Shown: positions 25,653 to 36,365 of the stretch, in pieces | How positions within the stretch are numbered: the first letter of the stretch is position 1 | How the letters are laid out: every line of letters starts with the position of its first letter | IMG/VR virus record: IMGVR_UViG_3300025098_000014 | Origin: a virus | DNA: 64,000 bases | Reading direction: 5' to 3' (one strand) | Position numbers and translations under genes: made by a program | Notes under the pieces: model-generated | Told to the model about the DNA's origin: nothing | The model's database searches: none | Seen by the model: the letters and a program-made list of their open reading frames with translations, nothing else

Positions 25653-27098
25653 TCACATAAGGTTCTTAACAACAGTACGCTGGTAGTAGCGGTTGCTGTT
25701 GGAGGTGATACGACCAAGACCTTGTGCAGTGCCTTCAGCATAAGGGTTAGAAACAAGACCGTAACGGGTCTTGAATCCAATTTTGGGCTGGAAGGTGTTT
25801 TCTCCAACGGCGCGAACCATCTGGAGGGGAACATAAGGACAGTAGAAGAGACCAGCATCATAAGGGGAAGAACCCTTATAGCCGACAACATAGTACTGGT
25901 TAGCAGCAGAGTTAGCAGCGAAAGGATCGATGAATACTCTGTACTTACCGTTAATAGTACCAGCGAAGGTGTTGCCAGTATCGTCAACCTGAAGGTTTGC
26001 GTTCAGTGCAGGGGTGTAGTCAAGTACACCAGCCATGGTGAGTGCAGAAGCAACATCAGCAGATGTCATGATGATGTTACCCTTCCCTCTACGAGTTCTT
26101 TGGGCGATTCTGTTAGCATCTCTTTCGATGTTAAACAGAAGACCTTTGAACTTCTCAACTGACCAACGACCGTTGGAGTCAACATCGAGATCGAAGAAAC
26201 CAGCATTGGCAACATTTGCCTGTGAACCAGCTTCAGCAGTCTTATAGATGGTACGAATAACTTCGCGGTTGATTTCAGCAAGAATTTCGCTAGACAGGAT
26301 GTTAGCGAGTTCTGCTTCAGCGTTAAGACCGTGGATAGCACGAAGGTCTTGTGCCAATTCCATGCTGTACTCTGCTTTCAGAGCGCGGGACTTAGCGGTG
26401 ACCGTGACTTTCTCGATCGAGAATGCCATCTCGTTGAAGTCGCCGTTGCTGCCGTCTCCGAGTGCCTCAGAGTCGCCAGTTGCCATACCTTGACCCAGTG
26501 AATACTGAGCTTGTACAGCGTCGGAAGCAGCGCCTTCCAGGATTGCGGGGTTAGTACCACGCTGAGTTCCAGTAGAACCGAAACCAACAGTACCGTCGTC
26601 ATCACCAGCAGCGGTGTAATCACCCTGAGTTGACTGACCAATGTTTGTGCCTGCCTTGTTAGCAGAGAATGCGGAATCAGGCTCGTTGAAGAACGACTCA
26701 GTACCAGACTGATTGGTGTAGCGTGAACGCATTGCGAAGATCAGTCCAGTAGGACCGTTCATCGGCTGAACGCCAGCGAGTTCATAAGCAACCAGATTCG
26801 GCATTGAGCGGCGAATCAGGCTGATCAGAACGGGATCGAAACCGGCGGTAGGACCAGCAGCAGTAGAACCGCCACTGAAAGCACCAGAGGCACCTACAGC
26901 GTTGCCACTGTTAGTAGGGGCAGCTTCTGAAAGCATACCATTGCCGTTTTCAAAAGCAGATTGCTCTTTGAGGAAACGCTCTTGGTTCTCAAGGAGAACA
27001 GCAGTTGTAGACCGGCGATGCGCGTCCTTAATAGGATCTACGCCTTCGGCGTCGAGAAGTGGACCCCACTTCTCCATTAATGATTCTTGATTGTACAT
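25653..27098 (-). CDS. gp23: Major capsid protein
   Basis: FDPVLISLIRRSMPNL, GVQPMNGPTGLIFAMRSRY, KSRALKAEYSMELAQDL, FQPKIGFKTRYG. Confidence 0.99.
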   Translation of the reverse strand: MYNQESLMEKWGPLLDAEGVDPIKDAHRRSTTAVLLENQERFLKEQSAFENGNGMLSEAAPTNSGNAVGASGAFSGGSTAAGPTAGFDPVLISLIRRSMPNLVAYELAGVQPMNGPTGLIFAMRSRYTNQSGTESFFNEPDSAFSANKAGTNIGQSTQGDYTAAGDDDGTVGFGSTGTQRGTNPAILEGAASDAVQAQYSLGQGMATGDSEALGDGSNGDFNEMAFSIEKVTVTAKSRALKAEYSMELAQDLRAIHGLNAEAELANILSSEILAEINREVIRTIYKTAEAGSQANVANAGFFDLDVDSNGRWSVEKFKGLLFNIERDANRIAQRTRRGKGNIIMTSADVASALTMAGVLDYTPALNANLQVDDTGNTFAGTINGKYRVFIDPFAANSAANQYYVVGYKGSSPYDAGLFYCPYVPLQMVRAVGENTFQPKIGFKTRYGLVSNPYAEGTAQGLGRITSNSNRYYQRTVVKNLM

Positions 27099-27129
27099 TA
27101 GATTTTTGTGTTTAAATTTGCGGAGTTGT

Positions 27130-28173
27130 TTACTTCATCCCAAGGGCTTTCAAATACTGGGTCATTGAAGCAGATGCCTCAACACCAGTCTCTGAGGTCA
27201 CGCCCTCAGACAGTGTTTCCACTTTATTAGAAACTGACCTTTGCTCACTGGGGAAATACGATTCCTTCAGTGTAACCAGCTTCTCACGATAAGATTCTTC
27301 ACCCTCAAACTCAACACCTTCAGACAGTGCGACCAGTTTTTCTCTTTGTGTAACAGCAAGTCCCTCGGTTACTTCACGGAAAATTCCATCAGCTGTAGAT
27401 TCGCCAAGGCGCTTGTTAAGAAAAATGTTAGCTTCGATCTGTTCGTTAAGTCTGCCTTCCATTTCATCTAGCTTGGAGACCATACTCTCCAAAACATCAT
27501 ATTTGTCGTCAGCGATTGTTACATAATGATCTTCAAATAGACTCTTCATTCCAGAAAGGAATGATTCAGTCATTTCGGTCTTAAGACCGTGCTCTACTTC
27601 GATCTTGTTCTCGGAGATCCACTCTTCTGAAACATACTCAAGGTATGCATCAACGCGCTCTACAAGTTCAGACTTTACAGTCTCAAGATGCTCAGTCAAA
27701 GATGCTTCATATTGTGCAGCCATTTCTTCTTGAACTTCAGTTACTTTAGCAGTAACTACAGCCTCAAAAATAGTGCGTGCTTTTACTTGAAACTCTTCAG
27801 AAAGTTCTTCACCACCAAAAAGGGCAGAAAGATCTTCTTCAATATCAACAGCAGGAGCTGCTGCTTCAGTGGACTCATCTTCAGCTACAACCTCTTGCTC
27901 ACCTTCTACTTCGGCGGTATCGCCAGCAGAAAGACTTTGCATAGGCTCAGCAGCTTTAGCGCCACGAGTTACGACATCTTTAACAGTTTTAACTTTGGGT
28001 TCTGCGAGTTTCGCTGAATCATCGTCAGCCTTGTAGTTCTCGGGGGTAGGCCCACCAAGATCTTCTACAGCAGCTAAACCAGTTCCAGGATCAGACAACT
28101 TAGGCATAGCCTCAGCGCCTTTCGCACCCCTTGTTACGGGATTTTCCATTTCTTGTAATTCCTTAGCGGACAT
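27130..28173 (-). CDS. gp22: Prohead core scaffold protein
   Basis: LSEEFQVKARTIFEAVV, VDAYLEYVSEEW, LKESYF; position. Confidence 0.93.
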   Translation of the reverse strand: MSAKELQEMENPVTRGAKGAEAMPKLSDPGTGLAAVEDLGGPTPENYKADDDSAKLAEPKVKTVKDVVTRGAKAAEPMQSLSAGDTAEVEGEQEVVAEDESTEAAAPAVDIEEDLSALFGGEELSEEFQVKARTIFEAVVTAKVTEVQEEMAAQYEASLTEHLETVKSELVERVDAYLEYVSEEWISENKIEVEHGLKTEMTESFLSGMKSLFEDHYVTIADDKYDVLESMVSKLDEMEGRLNEQIEANIFLNKRLGESTADGIFREVTEGLAVTQREKLVALSEGVEFEGEESYREKLVTLKESYFPSEQRSVSNKVETLSEGVTSETGVEASASMTQYLKALGMK

Positions 28174-28218
28174 TGGTGAACTCTCCGATTAGATCGATTT
28201 TTAGATATAATCTATATT

Positions 28219-28226
28219 TATTTATA
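28219..28226 (-). promoter_or_regulatory. T4-type late promoter TATAAATA for gp22-gp23
   Basis: Exact consensus upstream of gp22. Confidence 0.8.
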
Positions 28227-28228
28227 AA

Positions 28229-28879
28229 TCAAAGACTTGACAGGAACTTGTTGAACAATGCCAACTTGTTCTCCTGCAATGCTCTTTCATCTACTAGGGT
28301 ATTAATTTGCTTGTATGTCTTCTCCACGAGTTTTTCGCGGACAATACTACCATCCATTACCCAATCTTTTCCTTCCATAATTCCTGATACAAATGCATCA
28401 GGTGCGGAGGGGTCTGCTACAATATCAGCAGCAGTTGCAAGCATAAAATCGTTAGAAACGATCTTAATACCATTCTCATTTACTGCTAAAGTTCCAAGAC
28501 CACGGGAAGAAACTCCCAACTTGACACCTTCATCGATAAGATTTTGTGCAATCTTACCCATAGGGGTGTTGAGAATTTTAGCCTTACCTACAAAATTAGT
28601 TCCCTCTTCTCTGAGAGATGTAATTTTATGAGATACGCGATCCAGGTTGAGTGTAGGTCCTTCAGGATGTCCAAGTTCTCCAAGAGCTCTGCCTTTACCG
28701 ACAAAACTTTCGTTGTAACGACTGACTTCTCTGCGGAGAGTTTCCATAGGATACATCCGACCATTACGGTTCTGGATATCACCCTGTAGGAAAACTCCCT
28801 CAATATACATTGATTTCACGCCCTTGCGCTCTTCAACGATAACTTCAACCTGTTCGATTTCTTCCGTGATGAGTTTCAT
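28229..28879 (-). CDS. gp21: Prohead protease
   Basis: MKLITEE start, NRNGRMYP, GELGHP, GVSSRG, DIVADPSAPDAFV. Confidence 0.96.
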   Translation of the reverse strand: MKLITEEIEQVEVIVEERKGVKSMYIEGVFLQGDIQNRNGRMYPMETLRREVSRYNESFVGKGRALGELGHPEGPTLNLDRVSHKITSLREEGTNFVGKAKILNTPMGKIAQNLIDEGVKLGVSSRGLGTLAVNENGIKIVSNDFMLATAADIVADPSAPDAFVSGIMEGKDWVMDGSIVREKLVEKTYKQINTLVDERALQENKLALFNKFLSSL

Positions 28880-28884
28880 TTTTT

Positions 28885-29154
28885 TTATGCGGTAAATCCT
28901 ACTTTTGCACCAAGTACTGCTGCATCTGCAGCAAATACACAATGTGAATATTGTTTCTCAATAATTTCTACAGAATTACCTGGAAGAGTCATTGAACCTA
29001 CAACAGATCCACTTTGAGTTTCTACTACAGTAACTAAATGTGCTTGATTGGAATCATTTACAAGTCTGACTGCAGATGCCTGAGAGAAACTAGTAGCAGT
29101 ACCACTTGTTGTGGGCAGAGCTGCCTCTGCACCTTTTAGTAATGTTCTTGCCAT
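28885..29154 (-). CDS. Hypothetical (probably virion-associated) protein
   Basis: ORF track; lies in the head gene cluster. Confidence 0.75.
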   Translation of the reverse strand: MARTLLKGAEAALPTTSGTATSFSQASAVRLVNDSNQAHLVTVVETQSGSVVGSMTLPGNSVEIIEKQYSHCVFAADAAVLGAKVGFTA

Positions 29155-29324
29155 TATTCTGAATCCTCAGTTTCTTGAGTGGGTTCTCCAAACAAAGATG
29201 CAGCAGAAGCTGGACGCATTACATCCACTCTAGTTGCAGCTTTCTGATAAAGGAGATCCTTGATCTGATCGCTGATATCCACAGCCGACGAATCCGTCGC
29301 AATCATATTAACTAGTTCTTCCAT
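29154..29324 (-). CDS. Small prohead core-type protein (56 aa, gp67/gp68-like position)
   Basis: Hand-translated MEELVNMIATDSSAVDISDQIKDLLYQKAATRVD...; late-type promoter upstream. Confidence 0.7.
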   Translation of the reverse strand: MEELVNMIATDSSAVDISDQIKDLLYQKAATRVDVMRPASAASLFGEPTQETEDSE

Positions 29325-29354
29325 TGATATAAATCAGAGATATAAAGTTATTTA

Positions 29355-31013
29355 TTAGATCTCCCCTTCTGATGCTTTTGGCAATTGAGGTTGCGGAGAT
29401 TGACCTGGCAATGCATTAGGATCTTCTTGTCCCTGCATCATTGGGTCTCCTGCTTCCATCTCAAGCATTTGTTGATTAGGATCAGGGAGAACTCCAGATG
29501 CAATTTCATCTTCAATTTGTTGATCAATTTCAACAATTTCTTGATCTCTTTGACGAAGAACTTGACGGCGAATATACTCAGTAGAGTAGTAACGACCAGC
29601 ATAAGGTTCAATCATTGCAAGAAGTCCAAGACGACCTTCAAGTAATTCCTTATCCTTAAGTTCTGCAAAGTGATTATCATATAAAAAGTCAAACTGAATA
29701 TGCTCAGACATTACTTCCCAATCTGAGGGAGTAATAACATTCTTAAGAAGTAACTGCGTCTTCAGCATATCCAGGAACATGGCACTAAAACGCTTCCGCA
29801 GACGACCAACAAACTTACTAAATTTAAGTTCGTCTCTCAGGATCTCACTAGAACGACCAAGATTAAAACCATCACCAGAACCAGCAATTCTAGATTCAGG
29901 TACACCTAAAGATCTGTAAAGTTTAGATTGGAAGTATTCAATATCAGCAAGTTCTCCTAGATTCTGACCACCAGGAAGTGTAGTAATTTCTGTACCACGA
30001 CCACCCTCTCTTCTAGGAAGCCAGAAATCTTCTAGCATGCTCATCATTTTTTTGTCGTCACGAATCTCACCGCTGTTAGAATCATACACCAACTTATTAC
30101 GATACCGCATCATAACTTCACGAAGATATTGCTCCGCCTTTACCTTAGGAAGATTACCAACATCAATGTAAAAAATACGACGCTCTGGTGCGCGTGACAA
30201 CCTATAGATGACAAGAGAATCTTCAATCATACGGAGTTGATTGAGAGATTTAATTGCTTTATGAAGATATGAAAGTCCTGATCCTTTGTTTCTATCTACA
30301 AGACCGGAAGTGCAATATGTAATTGCATCTTTTGTAATTTTAACTCCCTTCATTGCAAGACTACCACCAGGAGCTGCAATATTTGTTGGGTACTGAGGTT
30401 TAGGAGTATACATGAAATACTCTTCAATCTCAGGGAAAGCTACTCTTTGCTCTTCTCTTTCACCTCTACTTGTAAAAATATCATTTCTATCGTTGGGTCC
30501 TTTCTTTTCTTTACGCACATAGCGCATTTTGAGAGGATCAATATACCTAAGTTCTTGAATACCTTCTTCAGGTTTTTGAAGATCAATTACTTTATTGTAA
30601 TATAGTCTACCATCAACATACCAATTTCTAAAAATTTCATGGGACTTAACATCAAAATCTAGCAAGTCTTTGATATGTTTAAATTCTTTACGGATGATAT
30701 TTTTAATACCATCACTAGCATGGAGATTCTCTAGATCAATCTCTACAGGAGAATCATTTTGATCAGAAACAATAGCTTCATTGACAACATCTTCAATAGC
30801 ATTATCCACCTCTGGGTGGAGTGACATTTCTCTATATCTTCTAATTAGTTCGTGTTCTGATTTGTAGATACCTTCAATATCTACAACTTGACTAGAAAAA
30901 CCCCCTTGGATATAATAATCAGCCCCACCCTCACCTGTGGTGGGAATGGGACTGACTATACCCTTGGGGGTTTTTTCGTTGTCATCAATAGAAAATCCGA
31001 AGAGTTTCGCCAT
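29355..31013 (-). CDS. gp20: Portal protein
   Basis: WYVDGRLYY, YRLSRAPERRIFYIDVGNLP, EDFWLPRREGGRGTEITTLPGG. Confidence 0.98.
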   Translation of the reverse strand: MAKLFGFSIDDNEKTPKGIVSPIPTTGEGGADYYIQGGFSSQVVDIEGIYKSEHELIRRYREMSLHPEVDNAIEDVVNEAIVSDQNDSPVEIDLENLHASDGIKNIIRKEFKHIKDLLDFDVKSHEIFRNWYVDGRLYYNKVIDLQKPEEGIQELRYIDPLKMRYVRKEKKGPNDRNDIFTSRGEREEQRVAFPEIEEYFMYTPKPQYPTNIAAPGGSLAMKGVKITKDAITYCTSGLVDRNKGSGLSYLHKAIKSLNQLRMIEDSLVIYRLSRAPERRIFYIDVGNLPKVKAEQYLREVMMRYRNKLVYDSNSGEIRDDKKMMSMLEDFWLPRREGGRGTEITTLPGGQNLGELADIEYFQSKLYRSLGVPESRIAGSGDGFNLGRSSEILRDELKFSKFVGRLRKRFSAMFLDMLKTQLLLKNVITPSDWEVMSEHIQFDFLYDNHFAELKDKELLEGRLGLLAMIEPYAGRYYSTEYIRRQVLRQRDQEIVEIDQQIEDEIASGVLPDPNQQMLEMEAGDPMMQGQEDPNALPGQSPQPQLPKASEGEI

Positions 31014-31049
31014 TTTAAATATTTCGTCTTTGATATCAAAGACTATTTA

Positions 31050-31670
31050 TCAAGCGACATCTCCACCGTTTCCAGCAGCTTCCCACCATTGTACTTGGAG
31101 AGTAACTGTAAATTCCTCAGTTTGATCTGAAGAATCGTATGACAGATCTAGTTGAGAAATGTTTGTTGGGAATACACTGTAGAACTTATATGTTCTGAGA
31201 ACAGGTAAATTCTGATCAGATTCCTGAGAGTTAGGTGCTACTGAAGATCTACCAAGTTGGTTGACATATGCGTCTCTTGTATAATCTTCTGGATTAGTAG
31301 TACCAGAATTATCAGATACTTTTGACATGGAGTTCATCCATCTCTCAAAAGAAGAGCGGAGAGCAAAGTCAGTATCATTGATAACGGTGATTGTCCACTC
31401 ATCAAATGTTCTGTCACCAGCAATTTTTAAAGTGCGACCTCTGAAAGGAACACTAATCGGTGCAATGTTTGATGCGGGAAGAGCAGCAGCTTTTACTAGA
31501 AATCTTGCCTTAGCGTCAAGATCATTTACTGAAGAGTCTACTACCCCATCAGGGAAAGCCAAGACCACTTCAAAAAGATTAGGTCTTGCAATACCGCCAG
31601 ACAGTCTTGACTTAAATTTGTCAATTGTCCTGTCTGCGGTCTTTGGGGGATTTTGTTGGTTGATAGCCAT
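31050..31670 (-). CDS. gp19: Tail tube protein
   Basis: ARPNLFEV, FRGRTLKIAGDRTFDEWTITVIND. Confidence 0.96.
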   Translation of the reverse strand: MAINQQNPPKTADRTIDKFKSRLSGGIARPNLFEVVLAFPDGVVDSSVNDLDAKARFLVKAAALPASNIAPISVPFRGRTLKIAGDRTFDEWTITVINDTDFALRSSFERWMNSMSKVSDNSGTTNPEDYTRDAYVNQLGRSSVAPNSQESDQNLPVLRTYKFYSVFPTNISQLDLSYDSSDQTEEFTVTLQVQWWEAAGNGGDVA

Positions 31671-31705
31671 TGGAATGTTTCTCCGTTGAGTTTATGGTAA
31701 GGCGA

Positions 31706-34072
31706 TCAAACTCGACCAATAACTTCTTCAAAACTGACGCCCGTGCGTGTAGCAACGAATGTCAGACCGATGAAGTTAATCGACCTAGCAGGTTTGATGA
31801 AGATGTCAGCAACGAATTCGTTGTTATCAATCACCGCAGCGGTGTTGTTTGTCTCATCGCAAATTACGACAAAATCGGTAACTCCTCTCTTAGATTGTAC
31901 ATCTCTGAGGAAAGGTTCGACAATGTTCAAGAAGTTGATTCTTGTAATTTCATCGTTGAATTCAAAAAGTTGATCTCTTGCAGCAGCTGAAATCGCTTTT
32001 TCTAGGAAGATGAACAAACGGCGAACATTAATTCTATCGAAAGCGGAAGACTTGCCTAGAGCAGTCTTGTCACCGAATAAAACAATACCAGCTCCAGGTG
32101 AGAAGATTACTGGGTTAACTCTTGCGGAGTATAACTTGTCTCTTTCTACCTGTGAAGGATTATACGCAAGTTTTACAGCGTTGAGGATTGCGCCTCTTGT
32201 AGTACCACCTGGAGAGAACCAGGGGAAATTGTTGATGTCATTTCTAGCGCATAAGCCAGCGATGTCACCATTGAGTGGAACATAACGGAACGCTTTACTG
32301 AAGCGATCGTACATGTACTTGTAACCGCTATCAAGGATAGCGTAAGAAGATGAAGTGACTGAAGAGTAGAATGCAGTTACTGCAGAAGTAACAGTATCTG
32401 ATTTGAGTGTTAAGTCTTCACCATCTCCAGATGTTGCTAAGAAGGCACCTCTGTATGGAGATATGCATGCAACACAATCTTTTCTTAATTCTGCAACTGC
32501 AATCAATTTGTTTGCAAGTGCTTGAGAAGCTTCTTTACCGTGAGCAGCAGATCCCATAATCAGGAAATCTAACTCAAAGGCATCTTTATTAGAAAGAAGA
32601 TCGTAACCAGCAGAAAGATCTCCTACGCTTACTTTAAGCGCATTTTCACTTGAAATTCCAGTTGCGCCGCTGTAGTTAATTCCCTTTTCAAATGTTGCTT
32701 GATAGTTTCCGATAGAAGCAAAAGAAACATTCTCAGTGTCTTGATCCCATGCAACATCAGTCTTAGGATCAAAGTCTGCATCCAGGTCTGTTGTTACAAC
32801 ACCTGCAGGAGCTCCACCACCAAATGCATACTGACTAGCAGTTTCAAGAAGTTTTCTCCAGTAAGAAGAAGAACCAGCAGAGTATGCGGAATCTTTTGCT
32901 TTAGATGCTGAGATATACTTCTCAAGAAGTGTGCCAGCATTGCCAGTAATTTTACCAGCGTCGTCAATTAAAGCAACATGAACTTCATCGTTTTTGGCGC
33001 TTCTGGCCGCGGCGAATGAAGAAGTACCGGGTCTATCTGCAAGGGAGTTCCAGGCAATAGTGCTTCCATTAGATAATGTAATACTCTGGTTATCGAACCA
33101 ATCAGTGGCACCAGTGTAATCGATGTTACCATCATATGCAGCAGCTGCAACCCAGCGAGCATCTCCACTAGTAATACCTGCACCAGTCAGAGCCGTGAAG
33201 AAATCACTAGATGCAAAACTAGAACCGTAAGAAACTGTTCCTGATACCCAACCAAGTTTAGAAGAACCTACAGTGGACTGAACATGTAGTGAGAATGAAC
33301 CACTATTCTGGAATTCATAAACTCCACCAGGAGAATACTCAACAGAAGTTTCTGTCCCAGCAGAACTGACATGCGATACAAGCTTAACTGAAACTTGATC
33401 AGAACCAACTTCTGTGATTACACCCTTAAGGTATCCATCAAGCAGTGAAGTAGCGCCAACACCAGCAACAACTGTTCCAGAAGGTACTGCCTGAGTAATA
33501 CCCAGACCTACAGTCAGATCAATATCTGAAATACCATTTTCGTATCCGGCAACAGCAGCAAGACCACCATTAGCAGTAGACGAAAATCCAAGAATAGCAG
33601 AGGTATTAACACCTGTAATAATCTGATCTGCAAGACCGTCTAGGAGGGCAACCTTGATTCCATTTGCCCAGGAACCAGGGTTTCTAGCAGCAAGAACGAC
33701 ACCACTAATGTTGTCCTCAGAATATCCTTTGTTAATATAATCGTCTACACTCTTAATAGTGACACTGTTAGCAGCGCCAACAAAAGAGTTCTTGAGTCCT
33801 GTGTCGTTAGATCTAACGACTCTCAGTACGCCACCATATGCGAGATACGATGAAGCTGTCAACCAATACTCGTAGTGGTTGCTGTCCTTATATGGCGAAC
33901 CGAATGTCTCAAGGAGATCCGCTTCGGTTTCAATAAGTGTGGGTTTCTCGACTGGTCCTTTCGCAAAGGGAGCTACGAGACCTGCGGCCTTGGTAGATGT
34001 AGGATCTACTCTACCTTGGGTCAGGTCAACTTCCCTTACGACAATTCCAGGAGATGCTAGGTTAAGCGGCAT
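31706..34072 (-). CDS. gp18: Tail sheath protein
   Basis: LASPGIVVREVDLT, PWFSPGG, FDRINVRRLF, IKPARSINFI. Confidence 0.97.
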   Translation of the reverse strand: MPLNLASPGIVVREVDLTQGRVDPTSTKAAGLVAPFAKGPVEKPTLIETEADLLETFGSPYKDSNHYEYWLTASSYLAYGGVLRVVRSNDTGLKNSFVGAANSVTIKSVDDYINKGYSEDNISGVVLAARNPGSWANGIKVALLDGLADQIITGVNTSAILGFSSTANGGLAAVAGYENGISDIDLTVGLGITQAVPSGTVVAGVGATSLLDGYLKGVITEVGSDQVSVKLVSHVSSAGTETSVEYSPGGVYEFQNSGSFSLHVQSTVGSSKLGWVSGTVSYGSSFASSDFFTALTGAGITSGDARWVAAAAYDGNIDYTGATDWFDNQSITLSNGSTIAWNSLADRPGTSSFAAARSAKNDEVHVALIDDAGKITGNAGTLLEKYISASKAKDSAYSAGSSSYWRKLLETASQYAFGGGAPAGVVTTDLDADFDPKTDVAWDQDTENVSFASIGNYQATFEKGINYSGATGISSENALKVSVGDLSAGYDLLSNKDAFELDFLIMGSAAHGKEASQALANKLIAVAELRKDCVACISPYRGAFLATSGDGEDLTLKSDTVTSAVTAFYSSVTSSSYAILDSGYKYMYDRFSKAFRYVPLNGDIAGLCARNDINNFPWFSPGGTTRGAILNAVKLAYNPSQVERDKLYSARVNPVIFSPGAGIVLFGDKTALGKSSAFDRINVRRLFIFLEKAISAAARDQLFEFNDEITRINFLNIVEPFLRDVQSKRGVTDFVVICDETNNTAAVIDNNEFVADIFIKPARSINFIGLTFVATRTGVSFEEVIGRV

Positions 34073-34155
34073 CTTTAACTCCCAATAGAATCCAATATTT
34101 GTCTATAGATATTTAGAGTTTGGACCTTTTTGAGTGGGGAAACTGCTTATGAACA

Positions 34156-34386
34156 CTACCAATCTGGATATGACCACATGGTTTTTTTATCCTTTTTCTT
34201 TCGACTCATAACAACTCTTTTCCCAGTGCAGATCTTACATTCATAGGAATATGCTGATGGTGAATCGCCTCTATCCTTATGAGTACGATAAAAATCATTC
34301 ATCAAATCTTTTGTCTTACCACAGGATCTACATTTTCTTTCTATAAGATATAAGTGACTTAACCCAAATTCGTCATCTAACTCCAT
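34156..34386 (-). CDS. Small CxxC...CxxC zinc-ribbon protein
   Basis: RKCRSCGKTK...FY...YECKIC; start MELDDEF. Confidence 0.75.
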   Translation of the reverse strand: MELDDEFGLSHLYLIERKCRSCGKTKDLMNDFYRTHKDRGDSPSAYSYECKICTGKRVVMSRKKKDKKTMWSYPDW

Positions 34387-36047
34387 TAATTGTAATCCCA
34401 CATATATGACATATCTCCATATGTGGATGACATTTCTTTATCTACAGTCCATCTATCACCACCTTCCACAAATGTTTCATCGTCTAATCCGTCGCTAATA
34501 AATCCAAAAGGTGCCATGTCTTGTTCGATTTGATCTTTCTGATCTTCATAGATTCTTTTACGAACATCATTGTCCGTCATCTCTCTAAAATAATCTTGAG
34601 CAACTAACCATGCAAAGATAACTAGACACATAGCTAAATCATCATGGCATCCATCCTCTGCCTCCCATGATTGTTTCTTCTGAATAAATGTTGTCAGTTC
34701 AGCAATAATATCATAATCACTGGTTACTAGTTTATCTTCCTCTACCAATGCCTTTAGATTTGAGCAACCAGTCTTCTTTACAGCAGCGGTCATTCGGACA
34801 CCCATCTGGGTTTTCTTACCACTAAAACCTGTACCTACTTGCTGACCTGCTCTACCTCTCATAGAGCACATCAGCATATTCTCATATTCTAGATCGTATT
34901 GTAAAATTGACGCAACCTGCTCTCCAATATCGTTAACCTCAACCAATACATAGGCATTGTTATACGCCTTTGCCATATCCAAAATAATATTTGGGAATAG
35001 CATAGGTTTGATTTCATTGTTCTTATATCTCGCTACAGTTTTATATGGGAACTCTGAAATATCAAAAATTACAAATGCAGAATAGTCATGATCAATGCCA
35101 CGCGCAGTGTCAACAGTTACGATATAGTCACGGTCTTTCTTTGGTTCTTCATATACCACGAGGCCCTTTCCATTGTTCTGTATTGGGTCATCAAAAACAA
35201 GATTTCTTAACTTAGCAACACTAATGAGAGTATCAACAGATCCAAGGAATTCGCATTCAAACTCAACTTTAAATTGCTGCTCTGAAGTATTAGCAATAGT
35301 CTGTGCTTTCCATGCAGAATCTCTACCAGGTACTTCTGACCAGTGAACTTCTGTTGCAGTATATTCGTTTTTACCTCGTTGTGCGTTATGCCAATATCTA
35401 TAGAAATGGTTCATGCCGTGAGGCGTTGAAACCATAATTACCTTTGTGCTTTTACCAGAAGTAATAGTAGGATAAACAGAGGCAAAGAACGACTCTGCAA
35501 TATGGTTTGGAACGAACGCAAACTCATCGAGGAAGATGATGTTAAACGACATACCTCGGACAGCACTTGCAGATGTAGATGCTGCCAATATCTTACTGCC
35601 ATTCTCTAGCTCCATACTACCTTTGTTCCAGGATAGAATACCCTGTTGCATCCACTTTGGCAAGTTCTCGTATGCAGTTTGTAACCTACTAAGAAGTTCT
35701 CTTGCTGTTGCTGCTTTGTTTGCTAGAATGCCAACATTGACACTATCGTTAAAAACAATGTAATGTAGAAGATAAGATACGCAAGTTGTAGACTTACCAG
35801 TCTGTCTTGGCATCTTACAGATATTAAATCTATTCTCGTGAAAATTTTGAATTAGTTTCTCTTGAAAGGGCCACATTTTAAATGGCACCAAACCTTCATC
35901 AAGAGAAACAATTTTTACATAGTTCTTAGTAAAATATATTGGATCGTCTTTGCATCTCAACCACTCAAGAACTTGCTTCTGAGTAAATTGAATAGGAGTA
36001 TTAGCTTTCTTTAGATTAGGATTACCAAGATAGATATCTTCAGCCAT
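34386..36047 (-). CDS. gp17: Terminase large subunit
   Basis: PRQTGKST, FLDEFAF, VSTPHG, VDTARG, HDDLAM. Confidence 0.98.
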   Translation of the reverse strand: MAEDIYLGNPNLKKANTPIQFTQKQVLEWLRCKDDPIYFTKNYVKIVSLDEGLVPFKMWPFQEKLIQNFHENRFNICKMPRQTGKSTTCVSYLLHYIVFNDSVNVGILANKAATARELLSRLQTAYENLPKWMQQGILSWNKGSMELENGSKILAASTSASAVRGMSFNIIFLDEFAFVPNHIAESFFASVYPTITSGKSTKVIMVSTPHGMNHFYRYWHNAQRGKNEYTATEVHWSEVPGRDSAWKAQTIANTSEQQFKVEFECEFLGSVDTLISVAKLRNLVFDDPIQNNGKGLVVYEEPKKDRDYIVTVDTARGIDHDYSAFVIFDISEFPYKTVARYKNNEIKPMLFPNIILDMAKAYNNAYVLVEVNDIGEQVASILQYDLEYENMLMCSMRGRAGQQVGTGFSGKKTQMGVRMTAAVKKTGCSNLKALVEEDKLVTSDYDIIAELTTFIQKKQSWEAEDGCHDDLAMCLVIFAWLVAQDYFREMTDNDVRKRIYEDQKDQIEQDMAPFGFISDGLDDETFVEGGDRWTVDKEMSSTYGDMSYMWDYN

Positions 36048-36178
36048 TATTCCTTAGATGCTATATTTAATATGTATGCAATATATCCTAGTGCTAATGC
36101 TGCAGCAAGAAATGTCAGAATAATTACCGACCATACGGGATCACTTGGGTGGTCTAGTGGACGCAGTAGTAAATTCAT
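36047..36178 (-). CDS. Small single-pass membrane protein (43 aa, MNLLLRPLDHPSDPVWSVIILTFLAAALALGYIAYILNIASKE)
   Basis: Hand-translated; TAATG coupling to gp17. Confidence 0.65.
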   Translation of the reverse strand: MNLLLRPLDHPSDPVWSVIILTFLAAALALGYIAYILNIASKE

Positions 36179-36365
36179 TTTTTTTCTTCCAAAGTTCTAA
36201 AAAGTAACGATCAACTTTATACAAATCACCTTGAGGTGGTTGATCTTCAATTTGAGACCATTCATTACATAATGATCTCATTTCCAAAGTAATGTGATCT
36301 GGACGAAACATTCTACCAAAGGAAGACATGGCAAACGCATACCGCATTCTAATGCGCTGTTCCAT
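36141..36365 (-). CDS. Hypothetical protein
   Basis: Start moved to MEQRIRMRYAFAMSSFGRMF because the upstream part of the track ORF overlaps ndhP. Confidence 0.65.
   Translation of the reverse strand: MEQRIRMRYAFAMSSFGRMFRPDHITLEMRSLCNEWSQIEDQPPQGDLYKVDRYFLELWKKKNEFTTASTRPPK

Noticed and set aside
25571-25987. 138-aa minus-strand ORF overlapping the gp23 3' end (possible frameshift extension)
   Set aside because: Out-of-frame shadow that runs through the terminator; no slippery site identified
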